Shown one piece after another: positions 44,321 to 54,371 of a stretch of 64,000 nt of DNA; position 1 is the first letter of the stretch; every line of letters begins with the position of its first letter. The position numbers and the translations under genes were made by a program. The notes under the pieces were generated by a model. It was not told the origin of the DNA. It worked only from the letters and a program-made list of their open reading frames with translations, and ran no database searches. Source of the stretch: a virus; IMG/VR virus record IMGVR_UViG_3300017991_000012, positions 1-64,000 of that record, one strand, 5' to 3'.

Positions 44321-45868
44321 TTAGCTTGGCGTGTAACCTTCCCACGGCCACCAATGCGGAATGTTCGACTGATAGACAAATGGGCATGCGATATCAGCAT
44401 GAAAATACCAGCTGCTGCCATCGCCGTTCTTGTCCCACATGCGAGCGTCAACCCCTGCTGGCAAATCTGGACGGACCTGAATGATGCGGTCCATCTGGTC
44501 TGCAAACAGCGTGCGTTTGTTTCCAGTCATTCCGCTGTTTGTCCATTTCACAGTCCAGCTCAAGCCAGCATCATCGCTGTATTGTAGCTGCGCGGAATTC
44601 GATGCATTATATACGGAAATCCACACCCTGTCCTTCAGGGCAAGCGGTCCACCGATCCATCCGTATGAGCCCCAGTCACTTGTCTTGTCTGCGATACTAC
44701 TGTTTGTGACGAAGTATCTCCCGGCAGCACCACCGACTACGGCTGTCGTCCTCAGATAGGCATATACAGTGCTATCCGCCTGCGGCCAATGTGATTTCCA
44801 TTGAATGATACGAACTCCTGTTTGCGTTGTCGGATTGCCATCTTCATCCTCGTCAGCTTCGCCGATTGTAGTCAGCGACCAGCTGCTGCCGCCATTGCTG
44901 CTCTGCAGAATGCCGTAGATAAGTTTGTCAAGATCGGTTCCCGCATTTGATCCATGCCACCATAGCGTCACGCCTGCCGTTAACACCTGTCCGCTTTTGC
45001 TCACGCCCCAACCATGGATGTTGTACCTTTCATTTTGTCCATAGTCACCATACCAGTCCGGCCTATTACTGCTCAGCTCAGACAAGATCGCACTGTGAGC
45101 CAGGCTCGTCCACGTCCCATCAGGCGTATCTGCGCTTATGATGTCGACGGAGTAATTGCAGTTCGCTCCGTAATCGCTTGAATAGTATCTGACCAGCACG
45201 CTTGCATAGTACTTCAGATCAGACCCTCGCATATCCACGCCACAGTAGTCAGAGATTGTTCCATAGAAGTACGTGTTGTACCCTGATTCAGGCAGTCCGC
45301 TTATGCTGTGTTCCGTCCAGGTCTGCCCCTTATCGCTTGTGAACCTCACGCTTGGATGCGTGCTCAGGTAGTCATATAGCGTAGGGGTCTCATCGAAAGG
45401 ACTGCTTCCAACAAGACAGAAATTTGCGGCCGAGTCACTTACACCATCAGACCATGGCGTGCTGTTTCCTATCTTGTTCGTTCCTCCATTGCTTCTTCTT
45501 AAATCGTCAATGCAGTTGTACAGCGTTCCAGGGTGACTCGACAGATCATTTATCACAAAGTCATAATTAGGCGCCCAATTGACTCTGAACGGCGCCTTGT
45601 CGATCGGATAGGTCTCTGTCGGAATCACTTTGGCCTCGACAATGTACTGACTGTCTGCTTCGGTCGCATCTAAAAATACATTCATGAATCCAAGCAGATC
45701 GGACTCTTCAACCTTGACAGCGATTCCTTTTGTCCCTCCATATCCTATGGCTGGATAGAGCCTGTACAGCGTTGTCACGTCCCCGACCTTGACCGGGATC
45801 GCAAGATCGTCCTCGATCAGCGTCGGCAGCCGCACAGTATTTTCCCAGTCGGTATAATATCCCATCAC
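44321..45868 (-). CDS. tail protein with BNR/Asp-box repeats (sialidase-like propeller)
   Basis: TSDKGQTW, SSNGGSSW, YSDDAGLSW. Confidence 0.75.
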   Translation of the reverse strand: MMGYYTDWENTVRLPTLIEDDLAIPVKVGDVTTLYRLYPAIGYGGTKGIAVKVEESDLLGFMNVFLDATEADSQYIVEAKVIPTETYPIDKAPFRVNWAPNYDFVINDLSSHPGTLYNCIDDLRRSNGGTNKIGNSTPWSDGVSDSAANFCLVGSSPFDETPTLYDYLSTHPSVRFTSDKGQTWTEHSISGLPESGYNTYFYGTISDYCGVDMRGSDLKYYASVLVRYYSSDYGANCNYSVDIISADTPDGTWTSLAHSAILSELSSNRPDWYGDYGQNERYNIHGWGVSKSGQVLTAGVTLWWHGSNAGTDLDKLIYGILQSSNGGSSWSLTTIGEADEDEDGNPTTQTGVRIIQWKSHWPQADSTVYAYLRTTAVVGGAAGRYFVTNSSIADKTSDWGSYGWIGGPLALKDRVWISVYNASNSAQLQYSDDAGLSWTVKWTNSGMTGNKRTLFADQMDRIIQVRPDLPAGVDARMWDKNGDGSSWYFHADIACPFVYQSNIPHWWPWEGYTPS

Positions 45869-48330
45869 GTGACTCTCACGAATTGAACCAGGTCGCCACT
45901 TGCAGTTCCATCGGCTTTTGATTTGTATGCATAGACATACTGGCTCGTCGTGTAGCTGATCACATACAGTTGCGGAACTCCGCCTCCGGCCGTCCGGATG
46001 ATCATCGCAATGTGATCACTGTCCTTATCCGTTCCCATGTACGCGAGAACTGTGAAGCCAGTCTTGTCCTTGACGTACAGGTCCTCACCATCTTCGGTTC
46101 CGACCGTATCTCCAGGCTCGACCGCTGCGCTTACCTTGGCAATGAACGGATCATAGCTAAAGTCCAGCATTCCAGGCTGGCTGTCCTCGTCCGCGCTTCC
46201 TATGCCTTGATATGGAACATTGAACGCAAGTTCGCTGTTGTCCTCGTTCGGCTTCCTGGCCTGGACAACACCGTCTTTGACTCCACTGCTTTCCGCGCTC
46301 GTATCCACGACAAGTGGCTTGCCGCCAGTGATAACAGAGTTCTTCTCGGAAGCCTGGCTCAGTTGTGCCGTCACTCCCTGCTCGGCCTGTGCGCTTGTCT
46401 TGCGATCCTCGCCGCTGCTCATGGCCGTGCTCGCGCCAGCGCCTGTGCCTTTCTTGTTGTCGCTGTTCAGGCTCGCCGGCTTGCTGATGTTCTGGTTCCA
46501 CTGATTATCCTGCGCACCGAAATGGTGGCTTTCCATCGTCACCTCAACCGTGTGATCGGTCAGGACCTTTGCCAGATCGATGCTCTTCACCGCGCCGTCT
46601 GCCACGCCCACGTTCCATCCCAGCCAGAACGGCAATCGCCTCGTCCAGCTCGTCTGCATCCATTCGAAGCTGCCGCTGACCTTCGCCCGACAGTAGAAGT
46701 CGCGGTACATCTGCGCCAGGACTTCCATGTCCTCCGTATCGTCCCAGATCAGCGCCTCTTCGCCGTCTTCATTCAATCCGTAATACTTCACGTAATTGAC
46801 GAAGATTTCCTTCGTGCCAGTACCTTTTCCGTCCTTGGCCTCCAGCTCATACTCAAGCTCACTTGTGATCGCAGGATATGTCACGCGGAGAACATCGTCG
46901 CTGTCAGTCGGATCTGCGCTGCCGCCTTTTTCGTGGCCAATCTCCCGATACAGCGTCAGCTTGTAGTTGCGCCTTGTGCGGTTTGGCTCGATCACCTGCC
47001 TGACAGCCATCGGCTGCTTGGTCCAGAATACGCAGTACTGATCGTCGTCGATCTCGACGTTCGTGAACTTGCTGGCCTCGCCGTAGTCTACGATCACGTT
47101 CTGCGTCTTGGTCTGGCCTTCGTTATCCGGGTCGGGCACGGTCTCCAGCTTCGGCCTCAGAACTTTCGTGGCGTCAATGTAGTGCGGCGTGCTATTATCG
47201 ACCTCCTTGTCTTCATCCCATTCCGTGTTGTACGCACGCTGATGAAAGTCGGCTCGGTAGAACTCATACGCCGGCCCGCGGATGACCAGCACCTTCCCCA
47301 TGTCGCCAATGATGTCGACCTTGCCATCGTCGTTCAGCTCGATGTCATCCGGATCATCGTCGGTCGTATCGCGCTCGCCGATCTTGCGCAGCAGGTGCGG
47401 GAAGATCCTGTACTGCAGTTTGTACTTCGCATACCGCTCGGCCTGCGTCTGGGGATCGTACGCAACTCCCGGATCTTCGTTATCGATCAACCCCGGCCTT
47501 TTGTCCAGCCCAAGGTCCGCAGACGGATAGTCGCCTGCATCGACGTCAGTCTGGCGCACGACCTGTCGCCAGATCTTTTCCGGACTCTCAGTACGTTCGT
47601 GCACCTCGCCCCAGGCCTTGATCTTGACCTTGTTGTATTTCTGACTGCTGTCGGTCGTGATCTGCACGCTCTTGTTATCGGCATAGCCTCTGAAGTCTAC
47701 CTCGAAAGTCGTGTTGCTGAACTCGGCTGCATTCAGGATCTTGATCACCTTGTCACCGCTGTTGCTCACATGCCCGTAGAATACCAGCGCCGGGTTGAAC
47801 GCCAGGACCTCGCGCACGACCTGCAGCTGGTTCTTGCCGCCCGGCTTGTAGTTCGGAGGCTGGAATTCGTACGGATACTTGCCTTCGACCTGGTTCAGCT
47901 CATCCCAGTCAAACGTGAAGTCAGCATCCGCGAACTCGCGCTCCAGAATCTGCCTGATGTTTCGCTTCTGCGTGCTCTTGTCGATGACATTCGCCGCCGG
48001 CACGTTGTAGGCATCAATCTGCCGATCGTGATTCTCTCGCTCAAGCTCGTGCAGGAAGTCGTATGCGGTGTACGTCACCTGCTCGCCGCCAAGATTTTCC
48101 GGAATGATGTAGATCTTGCCCCTGAATGTGCGCTTGCATACCGTGCATTCGATCTCTTCCTCCAGCTCGAACATGTGCGGATTGTCTTCAACCTGTCCCT
48201 CTTCGTCCAGTAGCGTTCCGTCAAACGTGTCGTACGCCGCCTGGAAGGTGAAGACCGCCTTCTGGTTATAGGTCCAGCGCATGGTCTGGATCGTGATATG
48301 GTTCGCGCTCGGATAGATTCTTGTCGCCAT
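45865..48330 (-). CDS. tail tip / baseplate hub protein
   Basis: 821 aa; second gene after the tape measure. Confidence 0.65.
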   Translation of the reverse strand: MATRIYPSANHITIQTMRWTYNQKAVFTFQAAYDTFDGTLLDEEGQVEDNPHMFELEEEIECTVCKRTFRGKIYIIPENLGGEQVTYTAYDFLHELERENHDRQIDAYNVPAANVIDKSTQKRNIRQILEREFADADFTFDWDELNQVEGKYPYEFQPPNYKPGGKNQLQVVREVLAFNPALVFYGHVSNSGDKVIKILNAAEFSNTTFEVDFRGYADNKSVQITTDSSQKYNKVKIKAWGEVHERTESPEKIWRQVVRQTDVDAGDYPSADLGLDKRPGLIDNEDPGVAYDPQTQAERYAKYKLQYRIFPHLLRKIGERDTTDDDPDDIELNDDGKVDIIGDMGKVLVIRGPAYEFYRADFHQRAYNTEWDEDKEVDNSTPHYIDATKVLRPKLETVPDPDNEGQTKTQNVIVDYGEASKFTNVEIDDDQYCVFWTKQPMAVRQVIEPNRTRRNYKLTLYREIGHEKGGSADPTDSDDVLRVTYPAITSELEYELEAKDGKGTGTKEIFVNYVKYYGLNEDGEEALIWDDTEDMEVLAQMYRDFYCRAKVSGSFEWMQTSWTRRLPFWLGWNVGVADGAVKSIDLAKVLTDHTVEVTMESHHFGAQDNQWNQNISKPASLNSDNKKGTGAGASTAMSSGEDRKTSAQAEQGVTAQLSQASEKNSVITGGKPLVVDTSAESSGVKDGVVQARKPNEDNSELAFNVPYQGIGSADEDSQPGMLDFSYDPFIAKVSAAVEPGDTVGTEDGEDLYVKDKTGFTVLAYMGTDKDSDHIAMIIRTAGGGVPQLYVISYTTSQYVYAYKSKADGTASGDLVQFVRVT

Positions 48331-48707
48331 CAGGTCAGTGCCTTCACAAACGTCACCGTCGCCATAGCGCTTTTCCCATCCCCACCGACATTGACATCTA
48401 TCGACTCAGGATAGACCGTCGTCAGCGTATCGGTCTCGGTCGTCAAGTTCCCCTGGCTTCCGTTGGGCACGATGTACTTGCGTCCGAAATTCGTGGTCTT
48501 GACCACCATCGGCCTGAAGCGCAAGTTGGTCAGCAGGTTCTCTATCTGCGCCTCGTACCCGCCCCTGCTCGGTTTGGCCAGGATCAAGTCTATCGACCAC
48601 CGTCTCAGGCCATCGCTATCAATCGGATTCGCGAAGCCCTTCTGGTCCACATGTCCGATGTTCACCTGGCTGCCGCCGATCCTTTGCCACTTGACTGTAT
48701 GCGCCAT
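48330..48707 (-). CDS. distal tail protein candidate
   Basis: Synteny, directly after the tape measure. Confidence 0.5.
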   Translation of the reverse strand: MAHTVKWQRIGGSQVNIGHVDQKGFANPIDSDGLRRWSIDLILAKPSRGGYEAQIENLLTNLRFRPMVVKTTNFGRKYIVPNGSQGNLTTETDTLTTVYPESIDVNVGGDGKSAMATVTFVKALT

Positions 48708-48716
48708 TGCCGCTCC

Positions 48717-51515
48717 CTACTGGCTCCGAGTCTCCGTTGCGATAGTCTCAACCGTGTTGCTCAGATTGCCTACGTCTCCCTTCAGCCTCGTAACGTATTC
48801 GCGCATCTGATTCATTCCTTCTACATTCAGCTGCGCTACCTGGCTTGTCAGATCAATGGCCTCGATCGTTGTCCTTACTACGTCGGCTTCTGCGGCAGTC
48901 GGACCTGCAGGTGAAACTGCACCAGACGCACGTACGTATGCTGCGGTTTTTTCTGCCTCTGCCTGCGCTTCCCCAGCTTTTGCCGCGCTTACTCCAGCCT
49001 GCACCACACGTGCAGCAGCTTGTGTCGCAGCCGGAACCGCTGTTCCGGCCTGTACTGCCTTCGCCTGATCTTCCGTCAATTTCGGAAATGCGAAGCCTGC
49101 GCCCACTTGCTTCAGTCCTCCACGCGCCGTGACTAGAGTCTTTTCCAATTCCTTCGCAGGACACACTTCTTTAAGGGCATTCGCCATCACTCTAGTCGTC
49201 GCTTCGGCTTTTTTGAAGTCCTTATCTACCTGCTTGCCGCCAGCAGTGAGATTCTTTTTCGACTTATCGGTTGCTTTTGCAGCTTCCTCAGCCTGGCGCC
49301 GCTGTTCTTTTGACGCATCCAGTGCCGCCTGGTACTGGCCCTTGGCAAGATTCGTCTCTGCCTCGATCTCACGCAACCGCGCCAGATGTTCAGCCCTTCT
49401 GCCTGTGCCACCTTCTGTGCCGCGTAGTGCGGCGATCGTAGCAACCCGTTCTTTTTCCAGCCGATCCAGCGTGTCCTTGTGCTCTGCCGCTCGTGCCTGC
49501 TGCCTGGCCACAGCTTCCTTTTCGATCGCATCCAGCCTGGCTTGCTTGTCTGATTCAAGAAATCTCTGGCTCTGCTCCTGCGCAGACCTCAGCTTCTGTA
49601 GGTCACGCTGGTACTCATCGGTGTCAATCAGATGCAGCGCATATTGAACATCGAGGAATTCTTCCTGAATTCCCTGCCAGATATTCAGAATGAACTTGGC
49701 CACCGCACCCATCGCCCTCTCCCATATGCTCTGGAAGCTGGCCGCGATGTCGATCCATACGTCTTCTACCGAATTGCCCACATCCTGCCAGATGCCAAGG
49801 AAGGATGCCTTCAAATCTATCAGCAGCCCCGCAACATCCTCCACGGCAGTTCTGAACAGCTCAGAGCACTGAAAGGTGAAGATCTCCCACTGGCTTTTCA
49901 GGTAAGCAATGGCCTTGGCCCAGACCAGCCTCAGGCCGCTTGTGGCCACCTGAAACGCCAGTTCCAAATCGCCGGCAACAAACGCATCTGCAATCCCTCC
50001 AAACGCCTCCTTGATCGCGTCACCCATGGTCTTGAACGCACCGCTGACGGTATCGGTTACAGCAGGAATCCTTGCCAGCAGCGTGCCCGCCGCCACCAGG
50101 CCCGCGACCATGATCCCAAGCGGACTGATGACAAGCGCGATCGCGCCTCCAATCGCTGCAATCGCTGTCGAGAATCCGCTTAGTGCCACGCCAAGGACAA
50201 AGAGCGTTGTCCCGACGCCGACCAGTGCAGCTCCAAGAGCACCGACTGCGGTCACGATAATTCCGATGCTTTTCGCCGCACCTTCGTTCTCTTTGACCCA
50301 CTTCTCGATTCCGGTCAGAAACTGATTTATTTGCTTCACGCCTGGCGCAAGCATCTCTCCCATAGCCAGGCTTATCCTGTCAATGATGTTGCCGACCTTC
50401 TGCATCGCAAGCTGAACCTGCGGGCCGAACATCTCGTCCATGATCTTCGCCATCTCTTCTGCAGTTTTGATTCCATCCTCTCTTGCCTTGATAAGTGACT
50501 TCTCTCCGCTTGTCACCGCATCCAACTGCGTACGCAGGATGTCGAATACCTTTCTTCCTTTGACGCCAAACAACTCGGTCAGCAGAATCAGCTCTGCCTG
50601 ATCGCCTTTAGCGCCGGCATAACCTTCTCTTGCGGCTTTTACAGCCTTCTCAACCTCACCAATCAGAGCCGGCATTTCTTTGATCCTGCCACCTTCGCCA
50701 ACAAACGTCAGACCTGCAAAGGCCTTGTTCGTCTTTGCCAGCTGTTTGAATTTCTTTTCGACATTACCTGCCTGCAAGTCGAGAGTACGCAGCGCAGTAC
50801 CAGCTTCAGCTCCGCCGATCTGCTGTCCAAGCACGCCAGCGATTGCAATGACTTCCTCAAACCTTCTTCCTACTCCAAACGCCGTCGCTCCGGCGTTTTC
50901 CCAAAAAGCCTGGATCTTCGGACCATCCAGCTTGAACTGCTTTACTCCCTGCGCGATGACGCCAGCAAACTGATCGCCGAATTCCTGCGCATCTATGCCG
51001 CGTCCAAAGGTAGCCTGAACCGTAGTATAGAGATCTGCGATCTGGTCAGAGCTTGCCTTTGTCGCCTTGGCCACGGTCGCGCTCATCTTTGCCAGGTCGG
51101 CGACCGCAGTCGAGCTTAGGTCTGACATTGCCGATCTGATCGAATACGCGCCGTCGATGATCTCTTTCGCGCCAACACCGGCAAAGGTGCTGCTCATTTC
51201 CAACGCCGCTTCTTGAATTTCTTTCGCCGCCGCTCTCGCGCCTTCCTGTCCAAGATCTATGTACAGGCTTTTCAGCTGTCCCAGACTGCGCTGTATATCG
51301 AAGCTGCTCCTGGCTACCAGCGTTGCCGCGCCAGCCATTGCTCCGCCGATCAGGCCAATGCTTCTTCCAATCTGCTTCAGCGAGTTCGCCGCAGCCGTCA
51401 TCCGCCGCGTCATTCCGGTCGTGAATTGCTTTGCAGCATTGGACACCGTTCGCATGGCATTCAATGCCGGTGCTGGATTCAGCGTGATTTCGCCCGCAAG
51501 ACTTTCTTCAGTCAT
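48717..51515 (-). CDS. tail tape measure protein (TP901-like)
   Basis: Ala/Gly-rich helical 932 aa; GAEAGTALR; central hydrophobic stretch. Confidence 0.93.
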   Translation of the reverse strand: MTEESLAGEITLNPAPALNAMRTVSNAAKQFTTGMTRRMTAAANSLKQIGRSIGLIGGAMAGAATLVARSSFDIQRSLGQLKSLYIDLGQEGARAAAKEIQEAALEMSSTFAGVGAKEIIDGAYSIRSAMSDLSSTAVADLAKMSATVAKATKASSDQIADLYTTVQATFGRGIDAQEFGDQFAGVIAQGVKQFKLDGPKIQAFWENAGATAFGVGRRFEEVIAIAGVLGQQIGGAEAGTALRTLDLQAGNVEKKFKQLAKTNKAFAGLTFVGEGGRIKEMPALIGEVEKAVKAAREGYAGAKGDQAELILLTELFGVKGRKVFDILRTQLDAVTSGEKSLIKAREDGIKTAEEMAKIMDEMFGPQVQLAMQKVGNIIDRISLAMGEMLAPGVKQINQFLTGIEKWVKENEGAAKSIGIIVTAVGALGAALVGVGTTLFVLGVALSGFSTAIAAIGGAIALVISPLGIMVAGLVAAGTLLARIPAVTDTVSGAFKTMGDAIKEAFGGIADAFVAGDLELAFQVATSGLRLVWAKAIAYLKSQWEIFTFQCSELFRTAVEDVAGLLIDLKASFLGIWQDVGNSVEDVWIDIAASFQSIWERAMGAVAKFILNIWQGIQEEFLDVQYALHLIDTDEYQRDLQKLRSAQEQSQRFLESDKQARLDAIEKEAVARQQARAAEHKDTLDRLEKERVATIAALRGTEGGTGRRAEHLARLREIEAETNLAKGQYQAALDASKEQRRQAEEAAKATDKSKKNLTAGGKQVDKDFKKAEATTRVMANALKEVCPAKELEKTLVTARGGLKQVGAGFAFPKLTEDQAKAVQAGTAVPAATQAAARVVQAGVSAAKAGEAQAEAEKTAAYVRASGAVSPAGPTAAEADVVRTTIEAIDLTSQVAQLNVEGMNQMREYVTRLKGDVGNLSNTVETIATETRSQ

Positions 51516-51516
51516 C

Positions 51517-51852
51517 TTACCTCCTGTTGATCAAGCTCGCGAACCGCATGACCTTATCTTCCGGATCGTCAGCCGACCATCTGTGCTCGCCGGTCTCCGC
51601 GCCACGCTTACTTCCCTTGCGAGCCTTCTTCATGGCCTTGATCGTCATGTACCTGTCCCAGTTGATTTCGTGCAGCAGCGAGACAAGTGTGCCAAGGCGC
51701 ATCCAGCTGATCTCTTCTACTGACCAGCTGTATTCTTTGCAGAAGGTGTGGCAGAATCTTGACCATTCGATTCCTTCGTCTTCGTCTTCGACGGGTTCTT
51801 GTCCTCCGTCGGCCCATCCGCCACCACCAGTCCCACTGCTTTGATAAAACCC
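51517..51852 (-). CDS. tail assembly chaperone, frameshifted C-terminal (gpT-like) part
   Basis: -1 frame ORF with YSWSVEEISWM overlapping the chaperone end. Confidence 0.7.
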   Translation of the reverse strand, partial: GFYQSSGTGGGGWADGGQEPVEDEDEGIEWSRFCHTFCKEYSWSVEEISWMRLGTLVSLLHEINWDRYMTIKAMKKARKGSKRGAETGEHRWSADDPEDKVMRFASLINRR

Positions 51853-52253
51853 CGCAGCTGTTCCGGCGTGGCCTCCACCTGGAAGCACGCCATGAGCATC
51901 GCCAGGTATCGACGCAGCAGGTTGGGCTTCATCACATCCATCAGTTCGGATCGTACGCTGTTCAGCCTCTTGTTGAGCACCTTCGGATCCATGTACGTCT
52001 GTTGCGCTTCCTTCGAATCGTGCTGGATTACCAGCGCCGCCAGTATCCGCTGGACCTCGGCGAACTTGATGTCCGGAAATCCACCGTCTTTTGTTGCTTG
52101 CTCCATCTCCGTGCTCATCGTCAAGAAGCTCTTTCCCGTGACGTGCTCGACGTACATGATGCCGCGCATGGTGATTGGCGACACGTACAGCTCCACGTCT
52201 TCAGCTATGGGGATTTTCTCGTTGCCCAGAAACTCACACAGCCGCTTGTCCAT
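51717..52253 (-). CDS. tail assembly chaperone (gpG-like)
   Basis: Lies between the major tail and tape measure genes. Confidence 0.75.
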   Translation of the reverse strand: MDKRLCEFLGNEKIPIAEDVELYVSPITMRGIMYVEHVTGKSFLTMSTEMEQATKDGGFPDIKFAEVQRILAALVIQHDSKEAQQTYMDPKVLNKRLNSVRSELMDVMKPNLLRRYLAMLMACFQVEATPEQLRGFIKAVGLVVADGPTEDKNPSKTKTKESNGQDSATPSAKNTAGQ

Positions 52254-52349
52254 GGCTACCCTTTCTTACAACTCCGCCCGGTAGGCCTCAGGGCAGGAGG
52301 CACGCACCCCCTGCCCCGGCCTTATTTGCTACGCTTGTCGCGTTTGGCA

Positions 52350-52889
52350 TCACGTCCAAGCACTGACCTCGATCTTGATCTTGCCAAACTCATTGCCGCT
52401 GTTCGCCGTGTACTCAAGCGCCGTGACCTCGATGTCGGTATCGCTGAAGTCATCGTTCGGGATTTCAGCGTCACCAGTCGGAGACACGCGGCCTTTCCAC
52501 ACGAACGCATGCCAGTACTTCCCGTCAGGCCGCTCGTGCTCCAGCCCGACCGTGTAGTACTTGAACACCAGCGAAGAGCCAATGTTCACATCACCATCGG
52601 CAGTAGCCGGCTCGTCCACCTGCAGCAGCACCGACAGGTTCTTCTGCGTCTTCTCGCCGACCGAACACCGCAGGCCGAATTCCTTCGTGATGATCCGCTC
52701 CTCAATGATGTTCGCGCCTTCCTTGTACTGGATGGTCTCGATGTTGATCGTCACCGCCGCACCACGGGCAGGACCAAGATCGCGACCGCCATTGGCCGTT
52801 GTCGGCGCAGCAACTGCGGTCACCGGAGACCCGCTCAGCTCTGCAACCCACATTCGGCACTTCCCAACAAACATACTTTCTGTTCCCAT
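52350..52889 (-). CDS. major tail (tube) protein
   Basis: DLG...G, beta-rich 179 aa; synteny. Confidence 0.8.
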   Translation of the reverse strand: MGTESMFVGKCRMWVAELSGSPVTAVAAPTTANGGRDLGPARGAAVTINIETIQYKEGANIIEERIITKEFGLRCSVGEKTQKNLSVLLQVDEPATADGDVNIGSSLVFKYYTVGLEHERPDGKYWHAFVWKGRVSPTGDAEIPNDDFSDTDIEVTALEYTANSGNEFGKIKIEVSAWT

Positions 52890-52900
52890 AACTCTCTCCT

Positions 52901-53296
52901 TTATCTTGCTGCGAGCAGCCTGTAGTCAAGATGAACCGCGAACTCCGTGTCGCTGTCCACCGAAATCCTGTTCACCAACCTCATCAGGTACGTCACTCCA
53001 TCGTCGGCAGAAGGCTTCTGTCCTCTAAGCGCGTCGTAGACCAAATCCGCCACCTGCTCTGCCTCCAGCGAAGTCGCCCTGCTGAATGCGCTGATCTGCA
53101 GCCGGTCGTCATTGATGTCTTTGCTGTCCAGCTCATAGTCGAGCGTCTGAATTCCCTGGCTGATCATCACCCGCGGATAGGTCCTCAGCCTGGTATTGTT
53201 CCCCGCACGGTTGACGATGGCCTTCGCAGGCACGACAGCCGTCAGCGCCACGTCAGCTTTCAGAATCACGAGCGTGCCTTCGATCGTGTGCAGCAT
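52901..53296 (-). CDS. tail terminator / completion protein
   Basis: YP.V.I, LQISAFS, A...AD.V..AL. Confidence 0.75.
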   Translation of the reverse strand: MLHTIEGTLVILKADVALTAVVPAKAIVNRAGNNTRLRTYPRVMISQGIQTLDYELDSKDINDDRLQISAFSRATSLEAEQVADLVYDALRGQKPSADDGVTYLMRLVNRISVDSDTEFAVHLDYRLLAAR

Positions 53297-53679
53297 TACT
53301 CGATCCTCCGCACGCGACTACGCGCCCATGGTGCCTCGATCCTGATCGCCTCGCGCAGGAACGGCCTGCCAGGCACCTCGCTCGTACCGAACTCTACGTA
53401 CGCCGCGTATTCCTTGCCCAGCAGAATGACCATCGTAAAATAGGCCAGCCTCGTGGCGTCCACGCGCACGCTCTGGCGCAGATGGCCATGATCGACAGGT
53501 GCCTTGCCTTCTCTCCATCCACCGGTATCGACTCCCATTCTGGTAATACCGCTGTATCCTTCGCGTACCCTTGCCGCGATGTCGTCCGCGGCCTCCAGCA
53601 GCATTGCCATGTACGCCCTCTGGCGCCTGGCCCAGAAGTCTGTCATCTGCCTATCCAGGTTGTTTCGCATCTTGGCCAT
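53296..53679 (-). CDS. HK97 gp10-like tail-component protein
   Basis: APVD.G.LR.S, YAAYVEFGT, RPFLR.A. Confidence 0.9.
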   Translation of the reverse strand: MAKMRNNLDRQMTDFWARRQRAYMAMLLEAADDIAARVREGYSGITRMGVDTGGWREGKAPVDHGHLRQSVRVDATRLAYFTMVILLGKEYAAYVEFGTSEVPGRPFLREAIRIEAPWARSRVRRIE

Positions 53680-54371
53680 CAGCTCTGCCTGTCTCCAGCA
53701 GCCATCAAAAACCAATGCCATCTTGTCTCGGCTGCTTCGAAAATCGGCAAGCACTCCGTCACTCTATATCGCATGCTGTTGATCGTGATCTCATCCGGAT
53801 ACGGTGCGCTCAGCTGGTACAGGGTCTTGAACACCGCATCCACGTACTCGACTCTACCCTGATTTCCAGCACGTCTGAGGCTGACGTTCTGCGTGTCCAA
53901 CAATCCGCTCACCTCAATATAGGTCTCGACGAACTCCTCTTCTCCTACGTCATTGAAGCTAGGCGGACTCGCGCTTTCCAGCAATGTCACCGCAGCCAGG
54001 TCTCGTCCAAGAACGCCGCCATAGATATACCTCGTTCCGCTGGCAGTGACCTTGAACCATGCCAGGCCCACTGCCGTCTCGCTGTTCTTTGTGCTGGTGA
54101 CAATCCCCCAGTAGGTTCCGTTTGACAGCGCCGCATCCAGCGAGACGTTCTTCGTGATACTGGTCTCTGAACTGTATTCCTCCGTCGCGGTATTGAATGA
54201 CTTGAATGTATTCGTGCTGCCGCTTTCGCAATCGGTCAGCAGTACAGTTGCGCCAGTTCCGTCCTTCTGGTCCGTGACCATAAATACGGGCGTGCTGATG
54301 CCAGATGGCGATCCGCTTTCTTCTGTTACTGGACCGAAGCCAGTCAGCATGCCATATGATGCGCTCATCAT
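53679..54371 (-). CDS. virion protein, possible head closure with N-terminal extension
   Basis: Synteny; beta-rich C-terminus. Confidence 0.5.
   Translation of the reverse strand: MMSASYGMLTGFGPVTEESGSPSGISTPVFMVTDQKDGTGATVLLTDCESGSTNTFKSFNTATEEYSSETSITKNVSLDAALSNGTYWGIVTSTKNSETAVGLAWFKVTASGTRYIYGGVLGRDLAAVTLLESASPPSFNDVGEEEFVETYIEVSGLLDTQNVSLRRAGNQGRVEYVDAVFKTLYQLSAPYPDEITINSMRYRVTECLPIFEAAETRWHWFLMAAGDRQS

Noticed and set aside
45970-48213. Long plus-strand ORFs (also 32669-34429, 723-1607 and others)
   Set aside because: Antisense shadows of recognisable minus-strand genes in GC-rich DNA
52283-52322. Hairpin after the major tail gene as a novel ncRNA
   Set aside because: A simple stem-loop at this position is ordinary for tuning tail versus chaperone expression
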